Origin: Candidatus Levybacteria bacterium RIFCSPHIGHO2_02_FULL_40_18
GTDB lineage: Bacteria; Patescibacteriota; Microgenomatia; Levybacterales; GWA1-39-11
Assembly (NCBI GenBank): GCA_001782235.1
Contig: MFOC01000007.1
Location: forward strand, 86,799-150,798
Reading direction: 5' to 3'
Length of the DNA stretch: 64,000 bases
Shown here: positions 52,329 to 60,034 of the stretch, piece by piece
Layout of the letters: each line of letters starts with the position of its first letter
Position numbering within the stretch: the first letter of the stretch is position 1
The notes under the pieces: model-generated
Databases searched by the model: none
What the model saw: only the letters and a program-made list of their open reading frames with translations
What the model was told of the DNA's origin: nothing
Made by a program: the position numbers and the translations under genes

Positions 52329-54053
52329 TTATTGGCGTTCTACATTGAATAGTGGACCGACGATTTGAATATTTGCCGGGGCTCTGAGATTAAACCAGTT
52401 TTTAAATTCATCACCTGAAAAACTTTGTGATCCGCCGTCCCCCAAGATACCTACAGAAGTTGTTCGGCCAGCCGAAAAATCTGCTCCAATAGAAACGTCT
52501 GAGATATTTGAAAAAGGAGTTACTCCTCGATTTGAGAGCTCTTGCCGAACGCGAGCTTCATCCCATGTATCGGTACCCGCAGGATTTGGCTTATCAGTTT
52601 GATAAAGATGCTCTCCAGCGGATGAGTCAGCTTTTGCAAGCAAGATCACATTCATAATGTCTGCTACTTCAGAAGATTTAAGCCAGGCGGTTTTATTATA
52701 CTCTGATCGAGACCCCCAATCGCAATAAAACCACGGAGATTCGCGATCATAGGCATTTGAAAAAAGATCAGAGAATCCCGAGGCCGCGCCTGTTGTTGTA
52801 TCTATTGCATGTTTTGTCCAAGAGGTCGCGCTCCAGCCTGGAAGTTCTGACGTCGATAAAATATATCCGCCGTGAGTTGAAGAGTACCAAGCCTTAATTG
52901 GCGATCCGCCCTGAACCATGACCCAGCCGCGCGTGCTGTTCACTGCCTCTTCCCATGCGCCGCCTTTAGGTTCGGGTTTAAAGACCTGACAGGATTGAGT
53001 GGTGCAAATAGATCCCGCTCCATTGTTTGTATAAGAAAGAGCATAGGAGCGAGCGGCCACAGCCTGAGCTTTTAAGGCTTCCATTGCAAATGATGAAGGC
53101 ATTTCATAAATTCTTTTTACGTACTCCTCGATATTATAAGAGCCGTATCCCTCAACATTAATATTTATATCTTGGGAGTAATCTTTTTTCAGTTCGTAAT
53201 TTACATAATATGCTTCAAGGATTTGTTCTGCAGACTGTCCGGCGCGGGCTCTTCCGTCCGCTCCATATTGATTAAGACCGGTTCTGTTTGGGACGCCGTA
53301 GGTGAAGAAGGCGATTCTGGGAGAAAATCCCGGATCGCGGGTTCTATCATCAACACAGGCAGGAGCCGCGGTCGCGGCAGATCTTGGAATGTTTAATGCG
53401 GCAAGCCTTTGACCTAAAATTTCTTTTTGGCGGGCAGATAACTTTGCAATTTCACTTGACAATGTTGCTTGATATGCTTTTGCGCCCTTTACAACTTTTT
53501 CGATTTCTCCCTTTTCCTGTGCAAGCCTTTCTTTAATGCTCGCAAATTTTATTTCTTCCTCTTCAAGTTTTGCTTTTCGCGTTTCAAGATCAACAATCTT
53601 TAATGCAATGGAGGTTATCGTTTCTTTATCGCGGTCAGCATCTCTTTTTTGATAAATAATGATTCGAGTCATTTCAGCAGCATCTGCCTGGGAAATAAAG
53701 ACGAGAAGAGGGGAGAGAAAATAGCTTTTTATGTAGTAGTCGCGGACGGTTTTATTAAAAATAATTTTACTCTCTTCAAGCTCTTGATAGCCTTGTTCAA
53801 TGAATTTCTTCTTTTCTGCCAAATCGCGCTCAATTGCGGCAACCTGATTTTCTATACCTGTAAGTTGTTTTTGCAAGCTATTAAGTTGTGATTCAAGGGG
53901 TGCCGTTGCTTTTTGAGAGGCAGAAAGCGCTGCCTGAAGTTCGGTCAGTTTTTTATTGATATCGTCAAGCTCATCAGAGAAAACTTGAGGAACAACAAAA
54001 AGTTTGAACGCGAACAAAATACCCACAAGGAGGAGCAAGAAAAATCTTCCCAT
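52329..54053 (-). CDS. SpoIID/LytB-domain protein with an N-terminal coiled coil
   Basis: ..EALKAQAVAARSYALSYT..CTTQSCQVF.. ..AWYSSTHGGY..; signal/TM + about 200-aa coiled coil. Confidence 0.75.
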   Translation of the reverse strand: MGRFFLLLLVGILFAFKLFVVPQVFSDELDDINKKLTELQAALSASQKATAPLESQLNSLQKQLTGIENQVAAIERDLAEKKKFIEQGYQELEESKIIFNKTVRDYYIKSYFLSPLLVFISQADAAEMTRIIIYQKRDADRDKETITSIALKIVDLETRKAKLEEEEIKFASIKERLAQEKGEIEKVVKGAKAYQATLSSEIAKLSARQKEILGQRLAALNIPRSAATAAPACVDDRTRDPGFSPRIAFFTYGVPNRTGLNQYGADGRARAGQSAEQILEAYYVNYELKKDYSQDININVEGYGSYNIEEYVKRIYEMPSSFAMEALKAQAVAARSYALSYTNNGAGSICTTQSCQVFKPEPKGGAWEEAVNSTRGWVMVQGGSPIKAWYSSTHGGYILSTSELPGWSATSWTKHAIDTTTGAASGFSDLFSNAYDRESPWFYCDWGSRSEYNKTAWLKSSEVADIMNVILLAKADSSAGEHLYQTDKPNPAGTDTWDEARVRQELSNRGVTPFSNISDVSIGADFSAGRTTSVGILGDGGSQSFSGDEFKNWFNLRAPANIQIVGPLFNVERQ

Positions 54054-54096
54054 CGGAAATTCTATTATAGCAGATGTTATAGGTGCGAGAGAATTA

Positions 54097-54190
54097 TGGG
54101 TGCGCTTGGATTCGAACCCCGTACAAAACTTACTTGTTCCCGAGGCTTACAGCCTCGCGTCACAAGAGCGTTTCTACGGGGCAAGCCAAA
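54097..54190 (-). other. tRNA-like remnant / structured element (not a foldable canonical tRNA)
   Basis: Contains CGAGG-CTGTAAG-CCTCG (GTA anticodon-like hairpin) and GGGGTTCGAATCC, but the T-stem has two G.A mismatches, there is no GG D-loop and no acceptor pairing. Instead CCCCGTA(5')/TACGGGG(3') pair. Confidence 0.3.
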
Positions 54191-54198
54191 GACATCTG

Positions 54199-54269
54199 TA
54201 GGCCCGGAAGGAGTCGGACCTTCGTGTCGACTTTATAAGAGTCGTGTCCTACCGTTGAACGACGGGCCT
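54199..54269 (-). tRNA. tRNA-Ile (anticodon TAT), atypical
   Basis: AGGCCCG/CGGGCCT acceptor (A1:U72), D-arm GTTC-AACGGTA-GGAC, CGACT-CTTATAA-AGTCG, 4-nt variable loop, T-arm GAAGG-TCCGACT-CCTTC (C at position 55). Confidence 0.65.
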
Positions 54270-54335
54270 AAAAATTTCTAAAACGCTTGCTTATTATACC
54301 AATACTGGGGTTAAACTTGAAGCCGACAAGTGGTT

Positions 54336-54371
54336 ATACCTTAATACTTTATACTTGATACTGAATACTTA
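54336..54371. repeat. ATACTTN heptamer array abutting the stop of 54372..56789
   Basis: ATACCTT|AATACTT|TATACTT|GATACTG|AATACTT. Confidence 0.55.
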
Positions 54372-56789
54372 CTAAATGGAGCCGCCAGGTCCGAGCCTTC
54401 CTTCTGGGCCTTTGTCAACGCTTGATTGAATATCGCCAAGCACTTCGTATAATCGCGATCTCTTAGCAATTTCTGCCTCAACCAATTCTTTTTGTTTTCC
54501 GTATTTGAGTCTTGATAATTCTCTAATTAATTCTGCGACTCTTGGATTTTCAAGCTTTTTCTCGGCAACCAAATCTCGAGTTAAGTCCAATGAAAATGGC
54601 GTGGTAGGCTCAGAATTAATCAGAGTTTTTACGTATGCATGGAATCTTTCAACATTAATTAAATCCGCTTCGTTAAACACCGGTTGAAATTCATGTTGCA
54701 GGTAATTTGCATCAGAAACTCCTACCCGAAATGAAATTAATGTTCCGACATTTCCAAAGATTGCGTTTTTAACATCCTCCTCAATTTGACCGATAAACTG
54801 GTTCGCAACCGTTAGGTTTAATCTATATTTTCGGGCCTCTGACAAAATTTGTCCAAAATCGGGAGTCGCAAAATTCTGAAACTCATCAACGTAAAGATAG
54901 AAATCCCTACGTTGGTCTTGCGGCACATCTTGCCTTGACATTGCTGCGGCAAGAATTTTTGGAACCAAAATTAAACCCAAGAAGGAGGAATTATCTTCTC
55001 CAATTTTTCCTTTGGCAAGAGAGATAAGTAAAATCTTTCCCTGGTCCATAACTTCTCGCAGTGAAAATGCGCTTTTTGATTGCCCTATGATATTTCTCAT
55101 CATGCGGTTTGTGACAAAGCGGCCGAATTTTGAAACTATATAATCCAACACCTCAGACTTATGAAAATCTGAGGTTTGCGCAATCTGATCAGTCCAGTAG
55201 CGGCGAACAATTGGATCTTGAACTTTCGGCAAGAGCTCCTGCACAAAGGAAGAATCGGTTAGGACTCGGACAACCTCAACAAAAGTATTCCCCGGCTCTG
55301 ACATAACAGTGTACATGGCATTTCTTATAGCATGCTCAAAACGCGGTCCAATAATGCCAGTTTTATTAGGATCATATAATTTGTACATAAGTCCTATTAT
55401 TGACGTAATTATTAGGTCTTTTTGCTCTTCGGTTTGAACGTCCAACATGTTTAGTCCCATTGGGCGTTCCGTGTCTCCCGGATCAAAAAGAATTACGTCT
55501 TCTGCGCGCTCCGGAGGAATGAGAGGCAAGAGCATATCGATTGTGTCATGAGGATCAATAAAACAAACTCCATATCCAGCGCGAATGTCTTGTAAGATCA
55601 TGTCTTTTAAAAATTCTGATTTTCCTACGCCTGTCTTACCTATAATATACATATGACGGCGTCTGTCATCCTCCCCGATATAAACAGGCCGCGAGATCCC
55701 GCGATAAATGCTTTTCCCAGTGTATAATCCGGCGGAAGGAATATTTGCGGGTGCAGGCGCGACTCGGGCACCTAGCCAATGGATAGCAGGTGTCTCAACC
55801 GTTTTATTTGGAAAATGAAAAATTGTTGCAAGTTCATCTGTTGTTAAAACTCCGGGGTTGTTTGGCACAAGCGGAAGTTGACGATAGATAAAATCAATCA
55901 TTGCCATTCCCTTAAACAATCTATGCTTCACTTTTTCAAAGGAGTTAAAAGAAGAGAACTGTGAGAATGAGCCCACAATATTTGTAAGATGTGCTTCTGC
56001 GGATTCCTTTGTTGAAGAAGCAGTAAGGATTCTAACATGCGTTTCAAATCCGGGCTTTGTAATCTTTTGCTCAATTGCCTCAAGTTCTTTTTGATCAACC
56101 GAGTATTTTGCAGTTTCAGGATTCGCCTCTCTCTTTTTAGTGGTTGTAATGTATGATCGGCCGCTTTTTTTCCAAGCGTCGCCGGTAAGGGTTATCAAAA
56201 TTTGTAAAGCCGCAGCTTCTCCTTCCTGCATTTTTCCTAATGTGCTTGTAATTGATGAAAGAGGATCAACCGGAAGATCCTTATAGGTTTTTATTGGAAG
56301 ATAATGAGCTTTTGAGAGCTTTAGTTGTGCGTAGGCGATTTTACCTGGATTTTCAAAAAGATTATATTCTTCAACCTGAAGAATCTGCGCGTCTGGATAG
56401 CTTCCATGAATCTGCTTTTCAACCATGTCGCGAAGCCTATTTGGCACGCCAACATAAAATCTTATATCTTGAGGTTTTGCGACTATTTCAAAAGATATAA
56501 TGTCGGGAACTTTAAGAAATCCAAAAATTCCCTTAGTTCCTGCGATTGAAGTAAGACCTGAGAATAATTGATCTGCAGCGTCTATTTTTATCTCGTTTTC
56601 GCGTGGGAGTGATACCTCAAGAAGAGATGAGTCAAGAGCCTTCTCGTGTCTTTCTTGGGATTTTCGCCAAAACCCTAATGCCAAAAAAATCCCTAACAGG
56701 CACGCAATAACTACGGATGCCATTAAAAAGGCTAGGAGAAAAACAAAGACTAGATTAATAATGGCTTGCGAAAAAGCATCAAGCTGCAC
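54372..56789 (-). CDS. Type IV coupling-protein-like ATPase (VirD4/TraD/TraG family)
   Basis: 805 aa; N-terminal TM pair; Walker A HMYIIGKTGVGKSEFL, Walker B FYLYVDEFQNFAT, ..RKYRLNLTVANQ.. Confidence 0.6.
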   Translation of the reverse strand: MQLDAFSQAIINLVFVFLLAFLMASVVIACLLGIFLALGFWRKSQERHEKALDSSLLEVSLPRENEIKIDAADQLFSGLTSIAGTKGIFGFLKVPDIISFEIVAKPQDIRFYVGVPNRLRDMVEKQIHGSYPDAQILQVEEYNLFENPGKIAYAQLKLSKAHYLPIKTYKDLPVDPLSSITSTLGKMQEGEAAALQILITLTGDAWKKSGRSYITTTKKREANPETAKYSVDQKELEAIEQKITKPGFETHVRILTASSTKESAEAHLTNIVGSFSQFSSFNSFEKVKHRLFKGMAMIDFIYRQLPLVPNNPGVLTTDELATIFHFPNKTVETPAIHWLGARVAPAPANIPSAGLYTGKSIYRGISRPVYIGEDDRRRHMYIIGKTGVGKSEFLKDMILQDIRAGYGVCFIDPHDTIDMLLPLIPPERAEDVILFDPGDTERPMGLNMLDVQTEEQKDLIITSIIGLMYKLYDPNKTGIIGPRFEHAIRNAMYTVMSEPGNTFVEVVRVLTDSSFVQELLPKVQDPIVRRYWTDQIAQTSDFHKSEVLDYIVSKFGRFVTNRMMRNIIGQSKSAFSLREVMDQGKILLISLAKGKIGEDNSSFLGLILVPKILAAAMSRQDVPQDQRRDFYLYVDEFQNFATPDFGQILSEARKYRLNLTVANQFIGQIEEDVKNAIFGNVGTLISFRVGVSDANYLQHEFQPVFNEADLINVERFHAYVKTLINSEPTTPFSLDLTRDLVAEKKLENPRVAELIRELSRLKYGKQKELVEAEIAKRSRLYEVLGDIQSSVDKGPEGRLGPGGSI

Positions 56790-57114
56790 GTTCTCTCCTT
56801 TCCTGTTGTTTTCTCATAAATATTGAGCCCCAAAAAGAAGGATCATCAAATTTCCCAGGTCCCTGTGCTCTAGGGGGTTTAACTGTAGCCTCTGATTTTA
56901 TTTCGAACTGTGAGGAATCAAGAGCTTGAGGCTCTGTTGAAACTTGCGTAAGTTCTCCCCTTGTCTCCACACCGTGCGATGAAAGCTCTGAATGAATTCT
57001 TGCTAAATGTTCCATATCGCTTACTGTTTCGACATGAGGCGAAACTTCAGGAGGAACAAAAGGCGTAACCGCTTCAGCGCTTGGTTTTACAATTTCTTTT
57101 GTGCTGTCTGGCAT
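56779..57114 (-). CDS. Hypothetical protein (111 aa) translationally coupled to the coupling-protein-like gene
   Basis: Start moved to ATG 57114 because the track N-terminus overlaps tRNA-Ser; 11-nt overlap with the downstream gene. Confidence 0.4.
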   Translation of the reverse strand: MPDSTKEIVKPSAEAVTPFVPPEVSPHVETVSDMEHLARIHSELSSHGVETRGELTQVSTEPQALDSSQFEIKSEATVKPPRAQGPGKFDDPSFWGSIFMRKQQERRERAA

Positions 57115-57197
57115 GGATACATGATAGCACAAGAGCCGTTCGGCGGCAACCAAACCAGCCTCATAAAAAGGTAACAAAAAGGCAACAAAAATGAGGG

Positions 57198-57281
57198 CGG
57201 AGGGTGTGGGAGTCGAACCCACTAGCCCCTTGCGGGGCGTGGTTTAGCAAACCACTCTCGTGACCGTCTGAGTCACCCTCC
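57198..57281 (-). tRNA. tRNA-Ser (anticodon GCT)
   Basis: GGAGGGT/ACCCTCC acceptor, GTGGT-TTGCTAA-ACCAC, long variable arm GCCCCGCAAGGGGC, GTGGG-TTCGACT-CCCAC. Confidence 0.9.
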
Positions 57282-57300
57282 AAAACTAGAACGGAGTGTG

Positions 57301-57385
57301 CGGAGGGTACAGGATTCGAACCTGTGAAGGGATTGCTCCCTCGAGTTTTCAAGACTCGCGCAATTGGCCTCTATGCGAACCCTCC
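57301..57385 (-). tRNA. tRNA-Ser (anticodon TGA)
   Basis: GGAGGGT/ACCCTCC acceptor, CGAGT-CTTGAAA-ACTCG, variable arm GGGAGCAATCCC, ACAGG-TTCGAAT-CCTGT. Confidence 0.9.
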
Positions 57386-57438
57386 ATTTGACCTCAATAT
57401 TATATCCGATTACGCTCTACCGAACAAGCTCGCGGGGC

Positions 57439-57467
57439 TTGACCAAGAATTAATATATTGATACGAT
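57439..57467 (+). promoter_or_regulatory. Promoter of 57474..57956, probable leaderless transcript
   Basis: TTGACC-17-TACGAT, 6 nt before the ATG. Confidence 0.5.
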
Positions 57468-57473
57468 GACTTT

Positions 57474-57956
57474 ATGGACGTATTCGGTTTTCTTTTAAGT
57501 AAGCCTGTTTTAATAGGTCTTCATCTTGGGTTTGCGATTGTTGGAATTGATGCATTTTTATGGCTTTTTGGTGAGCTGAAAAACAGAACTTGGAACACAA
57601 GACACATTCGCATAACCGCAGTTATCGGCGTTGTGGGATTTGTTTTAAGTTGGATCTTTGGAGGATACTACTATGTGGCATATTACGGCTCTTTGGTTAA
57701 GCCTGTGATTAAAAGCGGTCTTGCGCCTTGGGCACACAACATCATTATGGAAACAAAAGAGCATATCTTCCTCTTCATCGTACCCCTTGCTATAACTGCT
57801 ATTACAATTGCTTTTCTTAATCAGGATGAATTTCAAAAGTTAAATATTCGTCGTTCAACATTCTTATTGGTAGGTTTTGTTGCCGTTTTGGGACTTACAG
57901 TCGGTCTTATGGGCTTTATTATCTCATCGGCCGCACGCTGGGGAGCGCTGCAATAA
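57474..57956 (+). CDS. Integral membrane protein (4-5 TM), unknown function
   Basis: 160 aa hydrophobic. Confidence 0.5.
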   Translation: MDVFGFLLSKPVLIGLHLGFAIVGIDAFLWLFGELKNRTWNTRHIRITAVIGVVGFVLSWIFGGYYYVAYYGSLVKPVIKSGLAPWAHNIIMETKEHIFLFIVPLAITAITIAFLNQDEFQKLNIRRSTFLLVGFVAVLGLTVGLMGFIISSAARWGALQ

Positions 57957-57958
57957 AA

Positions 57959-58279
57959 ATGAAAAAATCTCGTGTTATTTATGCTTCATCAATTGCTGCT
58001 TTTATAAATGCTGTTTTTGTGACGGCAATTACCATATCTGCAGAGCTTAGCGTGGCATTTAAGAGTTGGCTACAAGAGATATCGGGCCATCACTGGGTCT
58101 CAAAAAGCATACTCGCGATGGCGCTTTACACAATAATATTGCTTCTCGTATATACGATTTCCCAAGATGTAAGTTCAAAAAAAGTAAGAAATGCAGTATA
58201 TTTTGCTACCTGGTCAGCCTTCGCCGGGGCAATTGTGATTTTTGCCTTCTTCGCTGGTCATCACCTCAAGTTGTATTAA
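57959..58279 (+). CDS. Integral membrane protein (3 TM), unknown function
   Basis: 106 aa; 2-nt gap after the previous gene. Confidence 0.5.
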   Translation: MKKSRVIYASSIAAFINAVFVTAITISAELSVAFKSWLQEISGHHWVSKSILAMALYTIILLLVYTISQDVSSKKVRNAVYFATWSAFAGAIVIFAFFAGHHLKLY

Positions 58280-58290
58280 AAATATTACGG

Positions 58291-58851
58291 TTAGAGTTTT
58301 ATGAATCGAGAGGCCAGGAGTACAAGAATTACACCTGAGACATTTAGAATAAATGAAAGAAGTAAAAAGGTTCTGGTCTTCATTTTTGAGATTCCCATGA
58401 GCGTCACGCCCACCTCATCGGGAAGTGGCGATGCAATCACTATTGCCCCAAAAACCGGAAACATCCAGCGGAAATGTTTTGTATGAAGAAGTTTTATTAA
58501 GTGGTGGTTGTGATCCATGCTGTCATAAATAGGTTTTATTTCAGTGACGAGCCTATCCTTAACAAATCGAAATAGCATAAAATCTCCAAAAACTCCACCG
58601 GCGCCTGCAATTATTCCTATCAGTGGAAGACTCAATTTTTCTGCTAAAATCAAAAGAGTTACGACACCCGTAGAAAAACCAAAAGTTGACACAAAGAGCA
58701 TTCCGGCAAAGAAGGCTCCTGCATATCCGTAATTGCCTAGATTTAGGAGAAGTTGATGGAACGGTTCAAATCTTCCTAAGAAAAAGGCAAAGGTTAGAGA
58801 AACAAAAAGAAAAGTAAGGTTTTTATATTTCCAGGATTGCCAAAAGCTCAT
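58291..58851 (-). CDS. DedA/VTT-like membrane protein
   Basis: 186 aa polytopic; ..FGAIVIASPLPDEVGV.. resembles the VTT-domain loop. Confidence 0.4.
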   Translation of the reverse strand: MSFWQSWKYKNLTFLFVSLTFAFFLGRFEPFHQLLLNLGNYGYAGAFFAGMLFVSTFGFSTGVVTLLILAEKLSLPLIGIIAGAGGVFGDFMLFRFVKDRLVTEIKPIYDSMDHNHHLIKLLHTKHFRWMFPVFGAIVIASPLPDEVGVTLMGISKMKTRTFLLLSFILNVSGVILVLLASRFIKL

Positions 58852-58922
58852 TTTATTCTTAAGTATAACAAAAAGGAAGTATAGTCAATTTGTCTTTCGA
58901 CAAATTAACCAAACGAAGACGA

Positions 58923-59165
58923 TTACAGGATGGCCGGAATTCTTATAGATGCAAGCGTATTTGCGAGCACTAGCGCTATTATGACCGCTACGGTAAATGC
59001 AATTAATACATTTATTTCAAGCGCTCTTTTTAAAAATCGAGGCATGCTAAATCCCAGCCTGTAATTTGCGCTGTATATCCTAAAAGAATAGAGAACATTA
59101 AACATTACCAAGAATACGGCAGTCGCAAAAAACAGAGAATACACGATAAGTTTCACAAATTCCAA
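58923..59165 (-). CDS. Small two-TM membrane protein
   Basis: 80 aa; 13-nt overlap with the upstream gene. Confidence 0.4.
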   Translation of the reverse strand: MEFVKLIVYSLFFATAVFLVMFNVLYSFRIYSANYRLGFSMPRFLKRALEINVLIAFTVAVIIALVLANTLASIRIPAIL

Positions 59166-59938
59166 ATTGTTTCACCTCCCTCCGGGCCAGAGGTCCTCAA
59201 GGGCGGGTGGCTTTTCTGTCCGTTAAAACCCTGATTCTTAATTTCTTCTACGTATTTCCATTTCCCCTCTTGATCCTTATCTTTTAAATACCAAGCATTA
59301 GCATCTTTTACCTGGCTATTTACATAAGGGTTAGTGGGGCTCAAAGTTCTATGTAGATGGGATTCTATTTTTTTGGGATTGGGAATAGAGGTAAAGACGA
59401 ATTCCACTTGGTGGGTGGGTCTATCGAAAGTTATTATTACGTCTCCAACGTCCAATAACTCATTAATAATCCCCTCAATCCTCGTATCAATTTCCGTGCA
59501 TCTGACTTGGTCAAGAAGGACCTCATTAACATGGCGAGCCGAAAGAGGCCTGTAGGCTACCTCGGTGATTTTTCTGTTTGTTACAATATACAAATTGAAG
59601 TACCAATCTACTATGGATTTGAGCACCATGGTGAATGTAAATATGAATATCAATGAGAACGCGATGATAATAAGCGGCAGAAGACTTGGGAAAAAGGGAT
59701 ATAGAACAAGGAATATAATGAAGGAAAGAAGTACAATAGCAACTGCGAATAGGGAGGGGAATACAAATATTGACCAATGCTTTCTCTGGACAAGAATGAG
59801 TTCTTCTCCTGGGAGGGTAAGGAATTTTGATTTAATCGCTCTGGCAGCGCGAATTTCTTTTTCAGGCATATCTTTCCTCCTTTCTTTCGAAATGCCTATT
59901 CTAGTTGTTATCCTCCGTCCATAAGTTTGAAAAAGCAC
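59153..59938 (-). CDS. Membrane protein with a bacterial PH-like domain; paralogue of 51582..52217
   Basis: ..EELILVQRKHWSIFVFP.., ..VDWYFNLYIVTNRKITEVAYRPL..VGDVIITFDRP..FVFTSIPNPKKI. Confidence 0.5.
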   Translation of the reverse strand: MLFQTYGRRITTRIGISKERRKDMPEKEIRAARAIKSKFLTLPGEELILVQRKHWSIFVFPSLFAVAIVLLSFIIFLVLYPFFPSLLPLIIIAFSLIFIFTFTMVLKSIVDWYFNLYIVTNRKITEVAYRPLSARHVNEVLLDQVRCTEIDTRIEGIINELLDVGDVIITFDRPTHQVEFVFTSIPNPKKIESHLHRTLSPTNPYVNSQVKDANAWYLKDKDQEGKWKYVEEIKNQGFNGQKSHPPLRTSGPEGGETIWNL

Positions 59939-60019
59939 CTTGTTTATACTCTATGAAAAATATTCATTCAGTAAACAACATTACCCATAAATTGTAATCT
60001 TACTTACATTTTAGGCATG

Positions 60020-60028
60020 TGATATAAT
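60020..60028 (+). promoter_or_regulatory. Extended -10 box of the Crp/Fnr-family gene, probable leaderless transcript
   Basis: TGaTATAAT ending 6 nt before ATG 60035. Confidence 0.5.
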
Positions 60029-60034
60029 TGCTTT

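Noticed and set aside
54097-54190. Calling this a functional tRNA-Tyr(GTA)
   Set aside because: The acceptor strands do not pair (3' CGCACCC has no 5' GGGTGCG partner). The T-stem has two G.A mismatches and the D-loop lacks GG. It is kept only as a tRNA-like remnant.
53913-54281. 122-aa plus-strand ORF
   Set aside because: It spans the SpoIID-like gene start, the tRNA-like element and tRNA-Ile on the opposite strand. It is an artefact of the open frame across RNA genes.
57115-57222. N-terminal 36 codons of the 147-aa track ORF
   Set aside because: This part overlaps tRNA-Ser(GCT) at 57198-57281. The internal ATG at 57114 removes the overlap.
20252-57385. Integrative conjugative element or prophage bounded by tRNA genes
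   Set aside because: No integrase, relaxase, replication or partition genes are recognisable. Core genes (nrdRJ, smpB-ssrA, comF) lie between the T4SS-like block and the tRNAs. One boundary is dnaN at the putative origin. The CGCACC(C/T)ATAA duplication near 54090 is too short to argue for att sites.
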